Shown one piece after another: positions 50,790-63,418 of a stretch of 64,000 bases of DNA. The notes under the pieces are model-generated. The model was not told the origin of the DNA, searched no databases, and worked only from the letters and a program-made list of their open reading frames with translations. The first letter of the stretch is position 1. Each line of letters opens with the position of its first letter. The stretch comes from Squalus acanthias (lineage: Eukaryota). The stretch lies in the NCBI GenBank assembly GCA_030390025.1, contig JASTWF010000031.1, forward strand, positions 5,456,001-5,520,000. The letters run 5' to 3'. The translations under genes and the position numbers were made by a program.

Positions 50790-52730
50790 TGGGCACCAGG
50801 CTGAAACATTAGAGAGGAGAAACCAGGTGCACAGAGGACTGGAGAAGGCAAATAGCACTAGAGTAAAGAATAATTCAGAAATAGGAGGGATCAGATGGGA
50901 GCAAATTCAAAGCAGTCTAAGATGGGCTTGGAGTGCATGTACGCAAATGCATGAAATGTGGTAAATAAGGTTGGTGAGCTGCAGGCACAAGTTGCCACAT
51001 GGGACTATGAGCTAGTGGCAGTAACAGAGACTTGGCTCAAAGAAGGGGAGGATTGGGAACTTTAATATTTCTAGCTACAAGGTCATCAGGAAAGCTAGGA
51101 AGGAAAAAAAGGAGGGGGTGGCAGTATTAATCAAAGAAACTTAATAGCATTGCAGAGGGATGATGTAGTTGAGGGGTCAAAGGCAGAATCTATTTGATAA
51201 TTAAGGAACAATAGAGGAGCTATTACACTACTGGGTGTATACTATAGGCTACCAAATAGTGGGAAGGAGATAGAGCAAATTTGCAGGCAAGTTACAGAGA
51301 AATGTAAGAACTACAGCGCAGTGATAATGGGGGACTGCAATTATACTAATATAGACTGGGATAGTAACAGTGTAAAGGGCAAAGAGGGGGAGGAATTCCT
51401 GAAATGTAAACAAGAGAACTTTCTTGATCAGTGTGTTTCCAGCCCAACGAGGAAGGAAGCAGTTCTGGGGAATGAAGTGGGGCAAATGGAGCATGTTTCA
51501 GTCGGGAAGCATTTAGGCAACAATGATTATAATATCAGATTTAGAATAATTATGGAAAAGGGCAAAGTACAATCAAGTGTAAAAATACTTAACTGGAGGG
51601 GGGCTAACTTCATTGAGTTGAGAAGGGATCTGGGCCAGGTGGGTTGGAATCAAAAATTGGTAGGCAAAACAGCAATTGAACAGTGGGAGGCCTTCAAAGA
51701 GGAAATGGTTCAGGTACAGAATAGACACATTCCTATGAGTGGGGGTGGGTGGGGGGGTGGGGGGAAGGAAAGGCATCCAAAGCTGGAGCTCTCTGGATGA
51801 CAAAGTATAGAGGTTAAAATGAGACAGGAAAATGAAGCTTACGACAATTGTAAGTTTCATAATACAGTAGAGAAACCAAGCTGAATATAAAAATTACAAA
51901 TGAGATCTTAAAAAGGGAATAAGAGGGGCAAAGAGAGAGTATGAGAATAGATTAGTGGCTAACGTAAAAGGGATCCCAAAAGTCTTTTATAAACACACAA
52001 ATAGTAAAAGGGTTGTCAAAGGAAGGGTGGGGCCGATTAGGGACCAAAAAGATCATCTTATGGAGGCAGAGGGCATGACTGAGCTACTAAATGAGTACTT
52101 TGCATCTGTCTTCACTCGAAGAGGATGCTATGTAGCAGTAAAGGAGGAGACCGTAGCACAATTGGATAGGATAAAAATAGATAAAGAGGAGGTACTTAAA
52201 AGGTTGGCAGTCCTCGAGGTAGAAAAGTCACCCGGTCCGGATGGGATGCATCCTAGGTTACTGGGGGAAGTAAGGATGGAAATTGCGGAGGCTCTGGCTA
52301 TAATCTTCCAATCCTACTTGGGTGGTGCCAGAGGATTGGAGGATTGCAAATGTTACACCCCTGTATTTTAAAAAAAGGAGAGGGATAAAGCCAGCAACTA
52401 CATGCCAGTCAGCCTAATGTCGGTGGTAGAGACAATAATGCAGGACAAAATTAATTGGCATTTGGAAAAGTATGGGTGAATAAATGAAAGTCAGCATGGA
52501 TTTGTTGAAGGCAAATTGTGTTTGACTAACTTGATCGAGTTCTTTGAAGTAATGGAGGGGGTTGATGAGGGTAATGCAGTTGATGTGTATATGGACTTTC
52601 AAAAGGCGTTTGACGAAGTACCACATAATAGACATTAAAGCCCATGGGATTAAAGGGACAGTGGCAGCATGGATCCAAAATTGACTTAGCGACAGAAAGT
52701 GGAGAGTAGTGGTGAACAGTTATTTTCAGA
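50790..52730 (+). mobile_element. Decayed CR1 ORF2 (endonuclease to RT N-half), 3'-truncated
   Basis: VAVTETWL, MGDCNYTNIDW, LNEYFASVFT, KSPGPDGMHPRLL, YMDFQKAFDEVPH, with many stops and frameshifts. A small - strand CR1 piece (KFADNTKL) lies at ~50655-50760. Confidence 0.92.
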
Positions 52731-52789
52731 CAGTCATTGCACCTGCACTGCTACTATAACAAATAATGAGACCAAGCAACCGTTTCATG

Positions 52790-53700
52790 ATCGACTGAAA
52801 AGAATTGCTTCACACTCACCTGTTGGTGACACTGATCATCCTGAGTGACTAACATTATATTATGGCCAGATTAGCTAACATGGAATAAAATAATAGGTCA
52901 CCATGATTTAGCAAAGATCAATAATTATGATAAACTATTATTTTGTGCAGAGCATGGATAGGCTCTCGAATGTGCTTTTTCACCTTCCAACCATTTAGAA
53001 CTACATGGAAGCACGCACGCGCTAACGGTGGCATTTAATTAATTACTCTCTGGCTCTCAAACTGTCGAGATAATCACAGCAATGCACATCATAGAATGCT
53101 ATTGTGAACACCACTGAATTCACTCCAAAATAGGATGCCTCAGAAGACCAAAACAATATTGAGTCAAAGTAAAATTACTCAACATTTTAAACATAAACTG
53201 GAAAAAATGACTTTCCAGTAAGCAGAAACCTACAGGTGTACAATGCAGCTGTGCTCACTTCACTTTTTTTATATAGCGACAAAACCTGGAGACTCTTCCA
53301 TCAACATCTGAAGCAGCTGCGTTATTGTCACCAAACTCCTATATGGTCTGTCTTGAAAGTGGCAAGACAGTGGTGTCCATCAAAGTGCTGAGTAAGCCAG
53401 CATGAAAAGAATCAAAATTGCTTTCATAGAGACAGTTCCAGTAAGCCAGACAAGTTGTCCATATCTCAGATGATTGGCTTCCTAATGCATTATTCTATAG
53501 AAGGAACAGTGGGGTGTGGCTGTCAGAGGAAACATTTCAATGATAACTGAAGCAAAGTTTTAAGGAATGTGACAATTATGCAGAACTCTCTGGATTGCAT
53601 AGACTACACTACTGTTTGGGATGTGGCAATACATAGCATCAGACTCAAAATTAACAGAAGGAAAGTGTTGCAAAAAGGCAACCAGAGACAGTTCGGAAAT
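52790..53700 (+). mobile_element. Decayed RTE-clade LINE 3' portion
   Basis: VYNAAVLTSL..KTW...HLKQL, WQD..VLSK, D.LP.ALFY remnants. Confidence 0.6.
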
Positions 53701-53916
53701 GGATAAAGTTGCTCATGTGATACCATTAAGTCCCTGATATGAAAAATGAGAGTTAACCGCTGACTTGTCTTAGTGTTTTAACAATTAAGAAGTGGAGTGA
53801 GAGGGAAAAGTCCCAGCAGTTCTGTGTAGTTGACCATTTGTACGGCATGTCCAATCCTATATTGTTCAAGATAATATCAAGTGGTTCCTCTGACATGCGA
53901 AACACTTTAGTAAATA

Positions 53917-54050
53917 AGAACATAAGAAATAGGAGCAGGAGTAGGCCATTCGGCCCTTCGAGCCTGCTCCACCATTCAATGAGATCATGGCTGATCTTCT
54001 GCCTCAATTCCATTCACTGGCCCCATCACCATATCCCTTGATGCCCTTTT
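53917..54050 (-). mobile_element. CR1 3' tail
   Basis: AGAACATAAGAAATAGGAGCAGGAGTAGGCCATTCGGCCC. Confidence 0.85.
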
Positions 54051-54399
54051 CATCAAAGCAGAACTGTACAAAGATCATTTCTGCTTTGGGATAACTTAAT
54101 CTTATTGGAAACATCCTTGTGTTCTGCTTTTCCCCAGACCTGGTTGTTTCTAGGATATAGTACTGATATTTAATGAGTATCTATGAAATGCTGGGGAAGT
54201 TGTTGAGGTTAAAAACTACAAAATAAATAAGCAGTACTTTTCTGGATGTAGAAGAGCAGTACTTTTCTTTAATCTCTGGATGAGGCAGTGTGTTCCATAG
54301 CATGGTTTCATGTCTATCATTACTCATTGCAATAAAACAAAATACTGGAAGTACATAGGGTCGTCGGCATCAGAAGAGTAAACTGGAATTGGGAGGCAC

Positions 54400-54745
54400 A
54401 GTTGGTTGGACTGAGCTTGCACCTCTATGAGCTGGATTCAAATCTGACCCAGACTGCTGATGATCAGTCTCCACTGTCTTCTGGCTCTCTAAGGCTCATG
54501 TGCAAAATGCGTTTGGGTAATGTAAGCCCAGTTCCTTGGAGCATAAGCCTATAGCAATAACTGTCCCTAAGTTGGCTCTAATTGGTAGTCTCACTCAGAC
54601 AGCCTAGTGTGGGAAATAAGAAAAAAGGTCACACTGGTGTAGTAGGGAGTGTTCTGAAGTTGAAGCTGAGGCTTGCTGTGCATCTGGTTGCGCTATACCT
54701 GTCTTGGGAATACTTGGTGCTGATGTTGGATCCCTCAGCTTGATG
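54400..54745 (+). mobile_element. LF-SINE-like element
   Basis: CACCTCT..GGATTCAAATC..CCCAG head; ATGTG.AAATG, CCCAGTTCCT, TTGGCTCTAATTGGTAGTCTCA and GCTATACCTG blocks in the same order as the recalled LF-SINE consensus. Confidence 0.55.
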
Positions 54746-54882
54746 AGCATAAAAAGGAGTAAAGATAGGTTCATGTTTTTGAATGTATTGTCGACTGTTG
54801 GTTGAAATTGGAAAATAAACAGACTAGTTTACAAGACTGAACAAACCAATCCTATAAAGGGACTTGCTTAACATCCAGTTTT

Positions 54883-55005
54883 TAGTTCTGATGAAGGGTT
54901 TACATCCATAATGTTAACCTGCCTTTCAGATACTAATGGAGCTGCTGTGCATTTCACAATTCTCTATTTTTCATTCAGATTTCCAACATTTGCAGTGCTT
55001 GTTTT
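54883..55005 (+). mobile_element. Older Penelope-like terminal remnant
   Basis: GTTCTGATGAAGGG...ATGTTAAC...CAGATTTCCAACATTTGCAG, similar to 39399; GAAA box lost. Confidence 0.55.
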
Positions 55006-55975
55006 ATTTGTACTGTCTGTGTAGTGTACTTAATCTATCATTTGTTTCACTTTCCCTTTTTTAAGGAATTGGGGTGAGGGTGGGGAGTCGGTGGAGAGTA
55101 GTAACTTGGCCCCTCTAGTAATGTGGCATGAACAGGTTGCAACATGCTTGCATTTAGAAGTTATTTCTTGCATCAACATGCCTGGAAAGAGTGTTTAAAA
55201 GTGCCAATTGGAAAAAAATGAGCAACATTTGCAAATTTTTAGACATCTTACTGATTGTATGCCAACCATTAATTTCTCAGTATGGCTGTTACAGCATCCT
55301 CCCAAGATGTTGTAAGTTCAATACATAGGGAAGCTGCTGAGTCGTTTTGACTCATAGATTTATATGTTAAGATTGATTGTGGTTTCTAACCAGAATCCTT
55401 TTCTGAAAATTCTGGAAAACCTATTTTACAAATACCGTGGCACCGTAAAGTTAAAATTTAAGGGCCCTGAATTTCCGATCGGAGGCTTCCTGCGGGCGGA
55501 TGCCTCCGATCGGGGAAAAAATCTACGAACTTACCTGCTGGTTCCGTAGATCCCGTGGCTTGCGATCCTGGGCCTCTCCTCTTCGAAATGCGCAGAGGCC
55601 CACGTATCCCAGGGGCGCATGCGGTTCGCAAGCGCCCCGGGATCACGTGGGCCAGACGAACCAATGAATGAAGGGAATCCCCCTTCATATTTTTGACAGT
55701 TCTGTACGCACAGAACTGTCAAAAGTATGAAATGGGGATCGCATTTAAAAACACATTAAAACATAAAAATAAAAACATTGAATGACATTTTACATTTTTA
55801 CGGGGCTAAAAATAAATTTACCTTTTTAAAGAGTATTTTTAATTTATAAATGTGTTATCAAATTTCATTTTTCTATTTTTTGAAACTCTTAAGCTGGTAA
55901 AAGCAGGCCTTATGCCTGCTTTTACCAGGCGTAAGAATTTGACAGTCATTCAGCTGGCGGAAGTTGTGCAAAACA

Positions 55976-56492
55976 GGTATGTTGGCCTTCATTGCAAGAG
56001 GATTTGAGTACAGGAGCAACGATGTCTTGCTACAGTTATACAGGGCCTTGGTGAGACCACACCTGGAGTACTATGAGCAATTTTGGTCTCCTTACCTAGT
56101 CTGCAGGGGATCTCATTAAAACGTATAAAATTCTGACAGGGCTAGACAGGTTGGATGCAGGGAGGATGTTTCCCATGGCTGGGGGGGTCTAGAACGAGGG
56201 GTCACAGTCTCAGGATACAGGGTAGGACAGTTAGGACTGAGATGAGAAATTTCTTCACTCAGAGGGTGGTGAACCTGTGGAATTCTCGACCACAGAAGGC
56301 TGTGGAGGCCAAGTCACTGAATATATTTAAGAAGGAGATAGATAGATATTTTGACACAAATGGCATCAAGGGATATGGGGAAAGAGCGGGAATATGGTAT
56401 TGAGATAGAGGATCAGCCATAATTGTATTGCATGGCAGAGTAGGCTCGAAGGGCCGAATGGCCTACTCCTGCTCCTATTTTTCTATGTTTCT
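55976..56492 (+). mobile_element. CR1 3' fragment nested in the MITE
   Basis: GMLAFIARGFEYRS...LVRPHLEY, an internal deletion, FFTQRVVNLWNS, tail TTCTATGTTTCT. Confidence 0.92.
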
Positions 56493-56576
56493 AAAAAGCG
56501 CAACTCTCTACCCGCAGAGGTACTTTCCTTGTGCATGCGGATGATCTGTCAAGAGAATTCTTGACAGATCGCAAGT

Positions 56577-57019
56577 ACATATGAACATACGAATTAGGAG
56601 CAGGAGTAGGCCACTCAGCCCTTCGAGCCTGCTCCGCCATTCAATAAGATCATGGCTGATCCGATTGCTCCACATTCCTGCCTACCCCCGATAACTTTTC
56701 ACTTCCTTGCTTACCAAGAATCTATCTACCTCTGCCTTAAAAATATTCAAAGACTCCGCTTCCACCGCCCTCTGAGGAAGAGAGTTCCAAAGACTCACGA
56801 CCCTCTGAGAAAAAATTTCTCCTCATCTCTCTCTTAAATGGGCGACCCCTTATTTTTAAACAGTAACCCCTAGTTCTAGATTCTCCCACAAGAGGAAACA
56901 TCCTCTCCACATCCACCCTGTCAAGACCCCTCAGGATCTTATATGTTTCAATCAAGTCACCTCTTATTCTTCTAAACTCCAGCGGATACAAGCCTAGCCT
57001 GTCCAACCTTTCCTCATAA
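56577..57019 (-). mobile_element. CR1 3' fragment nested in the MITE
   Basis: LDRLGLYPLEFRRIRGDLIETYKILRG...; tail on - ends TTCGTATGTTCATATGT. Confidence 0.92.
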
Positions 57020-58124
57020 GACCTTGCACAGCCCCTACAGGCTCGTACACACCCGTCGGGGTCGCAAAATCCGGCCCAAGGTTTCTATACCAAAGCTAGA
57101 TACATGGAGGCATATTATACCAGTACAGTGGCAATGAAATATTGTAAACATCTGAAACTTTCAATGATTTTAAAAGTTATGGTTGCAACAGGAAGTACAT
57201 TATGTAAACTAGACCATGTGTCTCTAACATGTTAAAAATATAATTTTTGAGCTTTCCAAAGTACATTTTTCTACATGAATATTATGAAGTAATTGTATGG
57301 TGCAATGAGACATTTACTCAATATTATTGCAATTTACTAGTCTTCGGAAAGCTGATTTAGGTGCAGAAATATTGTAGTTCTCAAAGAACACGGTTTGCAG
57401 GGTTAAGATACATAATTTGAAATACTGAACCTGTCTCTGAACCCAGGTGTTTGAAAAAAAGTCACTTCGCTCCATTAAAGGCTGCCTGCCCCAGGTGCAA
57501 GTGCATTCATGTATGCAGACAAAATGATTTCTCAATTTTCTGCAATCAAGTACATGTCTTCTGCAGTTCCTCCATGTAATCCAATTCTTCATACTTGGTG
57601 GAATTGTGATGCTGACACAAGGGCACTGATTCCAATTGCCATTGGGTGGTTTACCCTTGTAACTGAAGTGCATACAGTAGGTATGACCAAGTAGCTTAGC
57701 GGGTACAACTGCAGGTGGTGAGTTAGAAACTGAGTTCTAGATGTGACTTCCTTTTGATACTCTGATCAGAAGAGTTTTTCTTTCCAGTGTTTTATGAGAC
57801 TTGTGTCTTGATTGTAACAAAATTAGCACCACTTTTCTTTTTTGAAGTTGTGAATGTCTCAGCTACTGGACTTGAGAGAAACCGTTAACATAAAATCCAT
57901 AGTTCTACTAAGTGGTATCCTCACTGCAAGTCTAGGGAAAAGCAGAGGGTTTGGGATGTTCAGGCTGGGCGTGGGCATGTTTCTTTGACTGAAGTTGACT
58001 CTCTTTCACCTGCCATTTATAGTGGTAAAGGGAAGTCATGCTGGGGGCCACTGACTTTTGAAAGTGCACAAAATTTGATCTGCAGTGCTTATAATGGCAA
58101 ACCGTTTCTTTGAGACCCCCTGAT

Positions 58125-58290
58125 ACCACAGTTGGTTAAAGCGGTGAGCAACTGGGACACAAAGACCAGGAAGGTCCTCAATTTGTGCTAATTTAGCTGT
58201 TCTCAGCAGCGGTAAATTGGCCTCGGCACCCCTGTGTCAGGGAGGGGAAGAAATTGGTCAAGGTTTCCGCTCCTGATTGCTGTCCAATCA
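58125..58290 (+). mobile_element. Decayed SINE of another family (related pieces at ~11340, ~25430 on -, ~58690)
   Basis: Shared AGACCAGGAAGG...TGTGCT.A.TTAGCTG.TCTCAGC block. Confidence 0.45.
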
Positions 58291-60457
58291 AAGAAACCCC
58301 ATAAATGTAACCGGCTGATCATTGATGACAATGAAGATGTATCATTACTAATTTATAAGCAATGTGGACATTTTTTTTCTGCAAAGCTTGGGAGTGTGTA
58401 TGTGTGCTTTACAGAACAAATCTTTACACCGAACATTTACATTTTAAGATTGGTGTAAATATTTTGCTTATCGCGTATTAGTTAGTTTCTTTAAAATGAT
58501 CTCTTCACTTCTACGAAATGCACTGCTGCCTTTTTTCTAGAAAAAATTTCCCAGCCAAGTAAGTTGTCAGCAAGCAATTTGCATCCATAAATAAGTACAA
58601 TACAAATTTTTAAAAATGATTCAGCTACCCTGTTGATCTCTTGGGTAAATTTATCATGTATGTACTTGGTCAAATGGATTCAAAAAATAGTCTCATGGTC
58701 CCTTGTCTCTGCTGGGACATTGGTGGGAGCACTTCAGTTATGCACAGTATCTCTGAACTAGGGAGAAGAAAAGTCACGCAGTGCTCTTAATTGCTACTCA
58801 CTGACACTTTGCTGGAAAGTGTCTACACTTGGATGAATGAGCAGATTGAGAATGATTGTAGTGCACCTCACTGATGAATAGTCCGCCTAGGTTCACAAAG
58901 ACTGTTGGACCATCTTGGTTGTCCATGGAGCTATAGCCCAGCATGAGTTAACAACTCTGGAGGCTAGAGGGGGGAAATTGGAAAAGTAAAACGTGCAGAT
59001 TGGGAAAGCTTTATTTACAGAAAGGTCAAGTGATTTATGTGGGGAATGGTGGGAGAGCAGCCTTTTCAGATTTCAGGAAGAGACCAATGGCTGTGACTTT
59101 GCTCAAGTATATTAAATGAATTTTAATTTATGGGTGGGGGGAGGATGGGTTGTGGTGTTCACCTTGTGGTCTGGTAACTGGCTGCAAGTTAATTTCTTAT
59201 TTATGATATTAAATCCTGTTACACAGTGCTTCAGTAAAACTCACTACCTTGGTAGTGGTGAATTAAGTTTATAAACCTGTCTCTGTAAAATAGATATGTG
59301 GGAGCATTGCAAAACTGAAATTAGATTTCAATTTGGCTGTTCCATAGATGGAAAGTGCATGGTTAGTTACTGCTTTACTTCCAAACAGGAGTTTAACTGG
59401 CTTTTGTTCTATTGATTTAATGAGCTACAACCTCATCTTAGCTCTTTGATGAAATAAATATGTTCTGCTCTGGGTCAGAATGAACTTGTGCATTTCATTT
59501 TTCTTGACCAATTACATTATTCAAGTAACTGGCATAAAGGATGTTCTGAACTGTGTTGCATAATGCTGGTTATCTGTATGCTATGTATGTGAAAACACTG
59601 GCTTATGCCATTTGTTTACTTTGACATGTTTTGTAAAATAGAGCTTTCCTTGTCTGTTGTAGTTGTTTAAAGCTCTAATTGTTGATCATCTGGTATTCTT
59701 GTGCTACAGTACAGTATTCAGTTTGATGTGGTCTTCAACTTCCAGCTGTTGACTTTGTTGTAAGGAATTTCGCACTGATGTGCATAATTAGTCTTTAGCT
59801 GGCAATTGGCTGAAAAGTGTAACTTAAACGAGCTGAAACTTGCTTGTAACTACGCTGGTAATCCTGCTTAGTGTCTTGCTCAATATCTTGGCAGCTGCTA
59901 AACTCCGGGCAACTCCCAGTGGTTGATTATTTTAATGATTACAAAAAGTATTTGGGCATTGACCTAAAGAGAGTGCTGGTTTTAGTGGTGAAATGATTGA
60001 CCTAATAGAAATCTGGTCATCTTGGATGATATATTCTTCAATCTAGTATGCTTGTATGATGTATTATTCAATCCTGTTAACTATAAAATTAAATCCATAC
60101 CGTTGAAGCTGTGATTCCAAAAGTGAGAACATCTTCAGACCTCAAACTCATTTTCCTGACTGAACTAGCATTTAATTGTTTCTGTCACTTTGACCAATGT
60201 AATTTAGAGTTTTCTGCTTAAAGAAAGAATTTGCATTTATATAGTTCCTTTTCATATCCACATGACATCCAAAAGTGCTTTACAACCTAAAGGACCACTT
60301 TTAAAGTTCAGGCATTGCTATTACCTAGGTAAACGCAGCAGCCAGTTTGAGCATAGCAAAGTTCCTCGAACAGCAGGTTTTCACTATGCCTTGTAAATAC
60401 TCCATAGTATTCACCAATGTTCTACCAGTGCTATTAGTGAATTTAAAACCAGGATAA

Positions 60458-60955
60458 ACATAAAACATAGAAGATAGGAGCAGGAGTAGGCCATTCGGCC
60501 CCTCGAGCCTGCTCCGCCATTCAATGCGATCATGGCTGATCATTCAAATTCAGTACCCTGTCCCTGCTTTCTCCCCATATCCCTTCATCCCCTTAGCCTT
60601 AAGAAATATATCTAACTCCTTCTTGAATATATTTAATGAATTGGACTCAACTGCCTTCTGTGGTAGAGAATTCCACAGGTTCACCACTCTCTGGGTGAAG
60701 AAATTCCTCCTCATCTCAGTCCTAAATGGCTTACCCCTTATCCTTAGACTGTGACCCCTTGTTCTAGACTCCCCCACCATCGGGAACATCCTTCCTGCAT
60801 CTAGTCTGTCGAGTCCTGTTATAATTTTATAAGTTTCAATGAGATCCCCTCTCATTCTTCTAAACTCTAGCGAATACAAGCCCAATCGACCCAATCTCTC
60901 TCTATACGTCATTCCTGCCATCCCAGGTATCAGTCTGGTGAATCTTCGCTGCACT
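60458..60955 (-). mobile_element. Young CR1 3' fragment (open 134-aa frame)
   Basis: VQRRFTRLIPGM...LEFRRMRGDLIETYKI...FFTQRVVNLWNSLPQ; CR1 tail; a Deu-SINE 3' remnant lies next to it at ~60225-60385. Confidence 0.93.
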
Positions 60956-63418
60956 CTCTCTCCATGATTTGATGATTCTCTTTAAAAAAAAAATGAACTG
61001 GCTGTTCATATTGTATGGCTTTGAACCCTTATCCAGCTGTAAAGTGATCTTTCCTGCAGACAGCCAAATTGGTAATTAGCCTTCTATGTAAATCAAGCTG
61101 AAATAATGAGGTTTAATTTCTCCATTAAATCTTTTAAGTGTGTCGGGGGGCAAAGATGGCAAATGCAGATCAGGTTTTACTAATGTTATGTGCAGTATTT
61201 AGTTTGTCAGCTGTGGTAACCCATTAATTACTCTTTGGCACTTACTTTTGAATGCATCTTACTGAAATTAACCTTCTGCAAATCACACAAGTTTTAGTAA
61301 ATTTCATTTAATAAAATTATCCAATTTAAAAAATTTTAAACTTGGTTTCATTAGCTAGCCTATTCAACACAGTGATGCAATATTGGCAGTTTATTAGCCA
61401 AATAAAAATTAGTTTGTTCCACAAAGCCTAATGTAAGTGGCAAGTTTGGTGTCCAGAAAAGTACTGCATCAATTCTAGTAGTTGCGTAGTAAGCTGCTAT
61501 CTTGTCACTGTAGAAAACGTGAATGTAATTAATGCAAGATCCAACCCTTAAGTCTTATTATTGCTAGTTAGTTTAGCTTATTACTGGTGACAGTTTTGTA
61601 CCCCAAAAAACATTGAACAGTGAAATGATTGCATTTACATTAAGTAGAAAATAGAACAGAGCTTTTAATTGGATTTCAATTCCACCAAGTAATGCTAAAT
61701 GTGTTTGCATTTGTTTTTACTTGAATTCAGGTTTTGTGGCCTTTAAGCCAATAACATTGGCAGAGTTGAAAATCTCCATGGGAGTGCAGGCTTTGTTGTA
61801 TTGACAGAATTACAGAACACTGACCACTTGCTTTAGCCTGTGGTTGGCTACAAGCAGCAGCCTGAAGACCCAATTAACTTTTTATGATTTGTCAAACTGA
61901 TCTTATGATGTGAACAAAACCTTAATTCCCTGCAGCTACAGTGCACACGAATCACTGATATGTTGATAGGGTGAAAGGAGGTAAGGTCGAAAGAGGCTTG
62001 TGTGGAGCATAAACACAGGCATTGACCTTGTTGGGCCGAATGGCCGGTTTCTGTGCTGTAAAATTCTATGTACAACAGCTGAAGCATTTGAGCTAAGTTC
62101 TTAGGAATCTCATGCAAATTTTAAGAAGACAGAAAAAAATCTGTGCTGTTTCCAAACAATCTACACACTTTCCTAACTGACCACCTAGTTTTGCATTAAA
62201 TGATTTGAAAGTACGGAAGGCCTCTGGTACCCCTTTGTAAAAAGCTGTCTGAGCTTGAAATGGAGTCATGTACCTCAGTATCAAGTTAGTGACGGTTCTG
62301 TTTTTTGCTTTATGTGTAACTTAAAATATGGAACAAAAAAAAGTCAGATTGGCTCATTAAGCCTGCTGTTTCCAACAAACCATGTACAATTGGGACTGGT
62401 ATGGCTTCTCCCTAATTTTTTTCTCTACTAATGGACATGAATGGCTATGGTTAACTTCAGATAAAATGAAATTTTCCACTGAATACTGGATGAAATCAAA
62501 GGAAAATCCAGGATATTGATCTAACGTGACTAACTGCTCTAATTAATCCTATTCACAGCCAACGTTTTCATGATCCCAACAGGACTGGAGTCGTTGTGTT
62601 CCGTAAAATATTACTTGATTATCCATGTCAGAATTTATAACCTGCTACCCATTGCTTTACCAGATATTCATCCACCTCTTTAAAGCAGTTGATCAAAACA
62701 GTATTGACTTCTTTTTGATGGGAGTCTATTCTGTATATATTTGCTGCAATATAAACTTATTTCTAAATGTGGTTTTGGGTTGTAGGAAGCAGATCACTAC
62801 ACATGTTGCAGGAAAATGCAACTTCTTTCCTGATTGCAACAGTGTGTATGTATATATCTTCCTGTCTTCCTCCAACAATCTTCTGGATTTGTGATTCAGG
62901 CTGCAAAAGACCAGTTCTGTAATCATATTATTCCAGCATTGTTTGCTAACATTTCAGGTGCTTCCCTAGTAAATGATCCTCAGTCTTCAAACTATTTTCA
63001 CAGCTACGTGAAAACTATACACGCTCACAGTGGAAGTAGTGCAGACACTGAGTTTGCTGTACCAAGGCAATTTTACTATTTAGTTGTTTTACATATACAG
63101 CAGCTATAAACACTTAAGTGCGTTTTGGATATTGATTGCTGAGATGACTGGTTTAATATTTAGATGCATCAGAGAGTCATAAAAATAAAACTAGAACGCA
63201 GTATTTTATACAAAGGGAACACCACCCCATTTTGGTTATGTTGAAATAGCTACAAAAGTAGAGATACATGTTTGGTTTTTTTAATCACCTGTAGCATCCC
63301 TGCTTTTGTAGAACTGGTTTTGATTGATCAAATGCAGTTTCTTCAGTTCCATCCATGCACGTGTTAGTTGACTCAGTGCATGTTCAGTAACATGCATGCA
63401 CATGCAGTGTGACTCATT

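Larger units (their letters stand above)
55463..57077. mobile_element. Harbinger-like MITE carrying two nested CR1 insertions
   Basis: Ends GGCCCTGAATTT / AAAATCCGGCCC (9/12 match) with 3-bp TSD AAG; CpG-rich, with several internal hairpins. Confidence 0.75.

Noticed and set aside
50560-50790. Second twin-priming CR1 inversion
   Set aside because: The reversed piece is more decayed and comes from a region downstream of the adjacent forward copy; probably an independent older fragment.
57255-57290. MACO1 exon 2 candidate (AG|TACATTTTTC)
   Set aside because: It does not continue as TFLYLKFLVVW and lacks a convincing acceptor; exon 2 is probably beyond the window.
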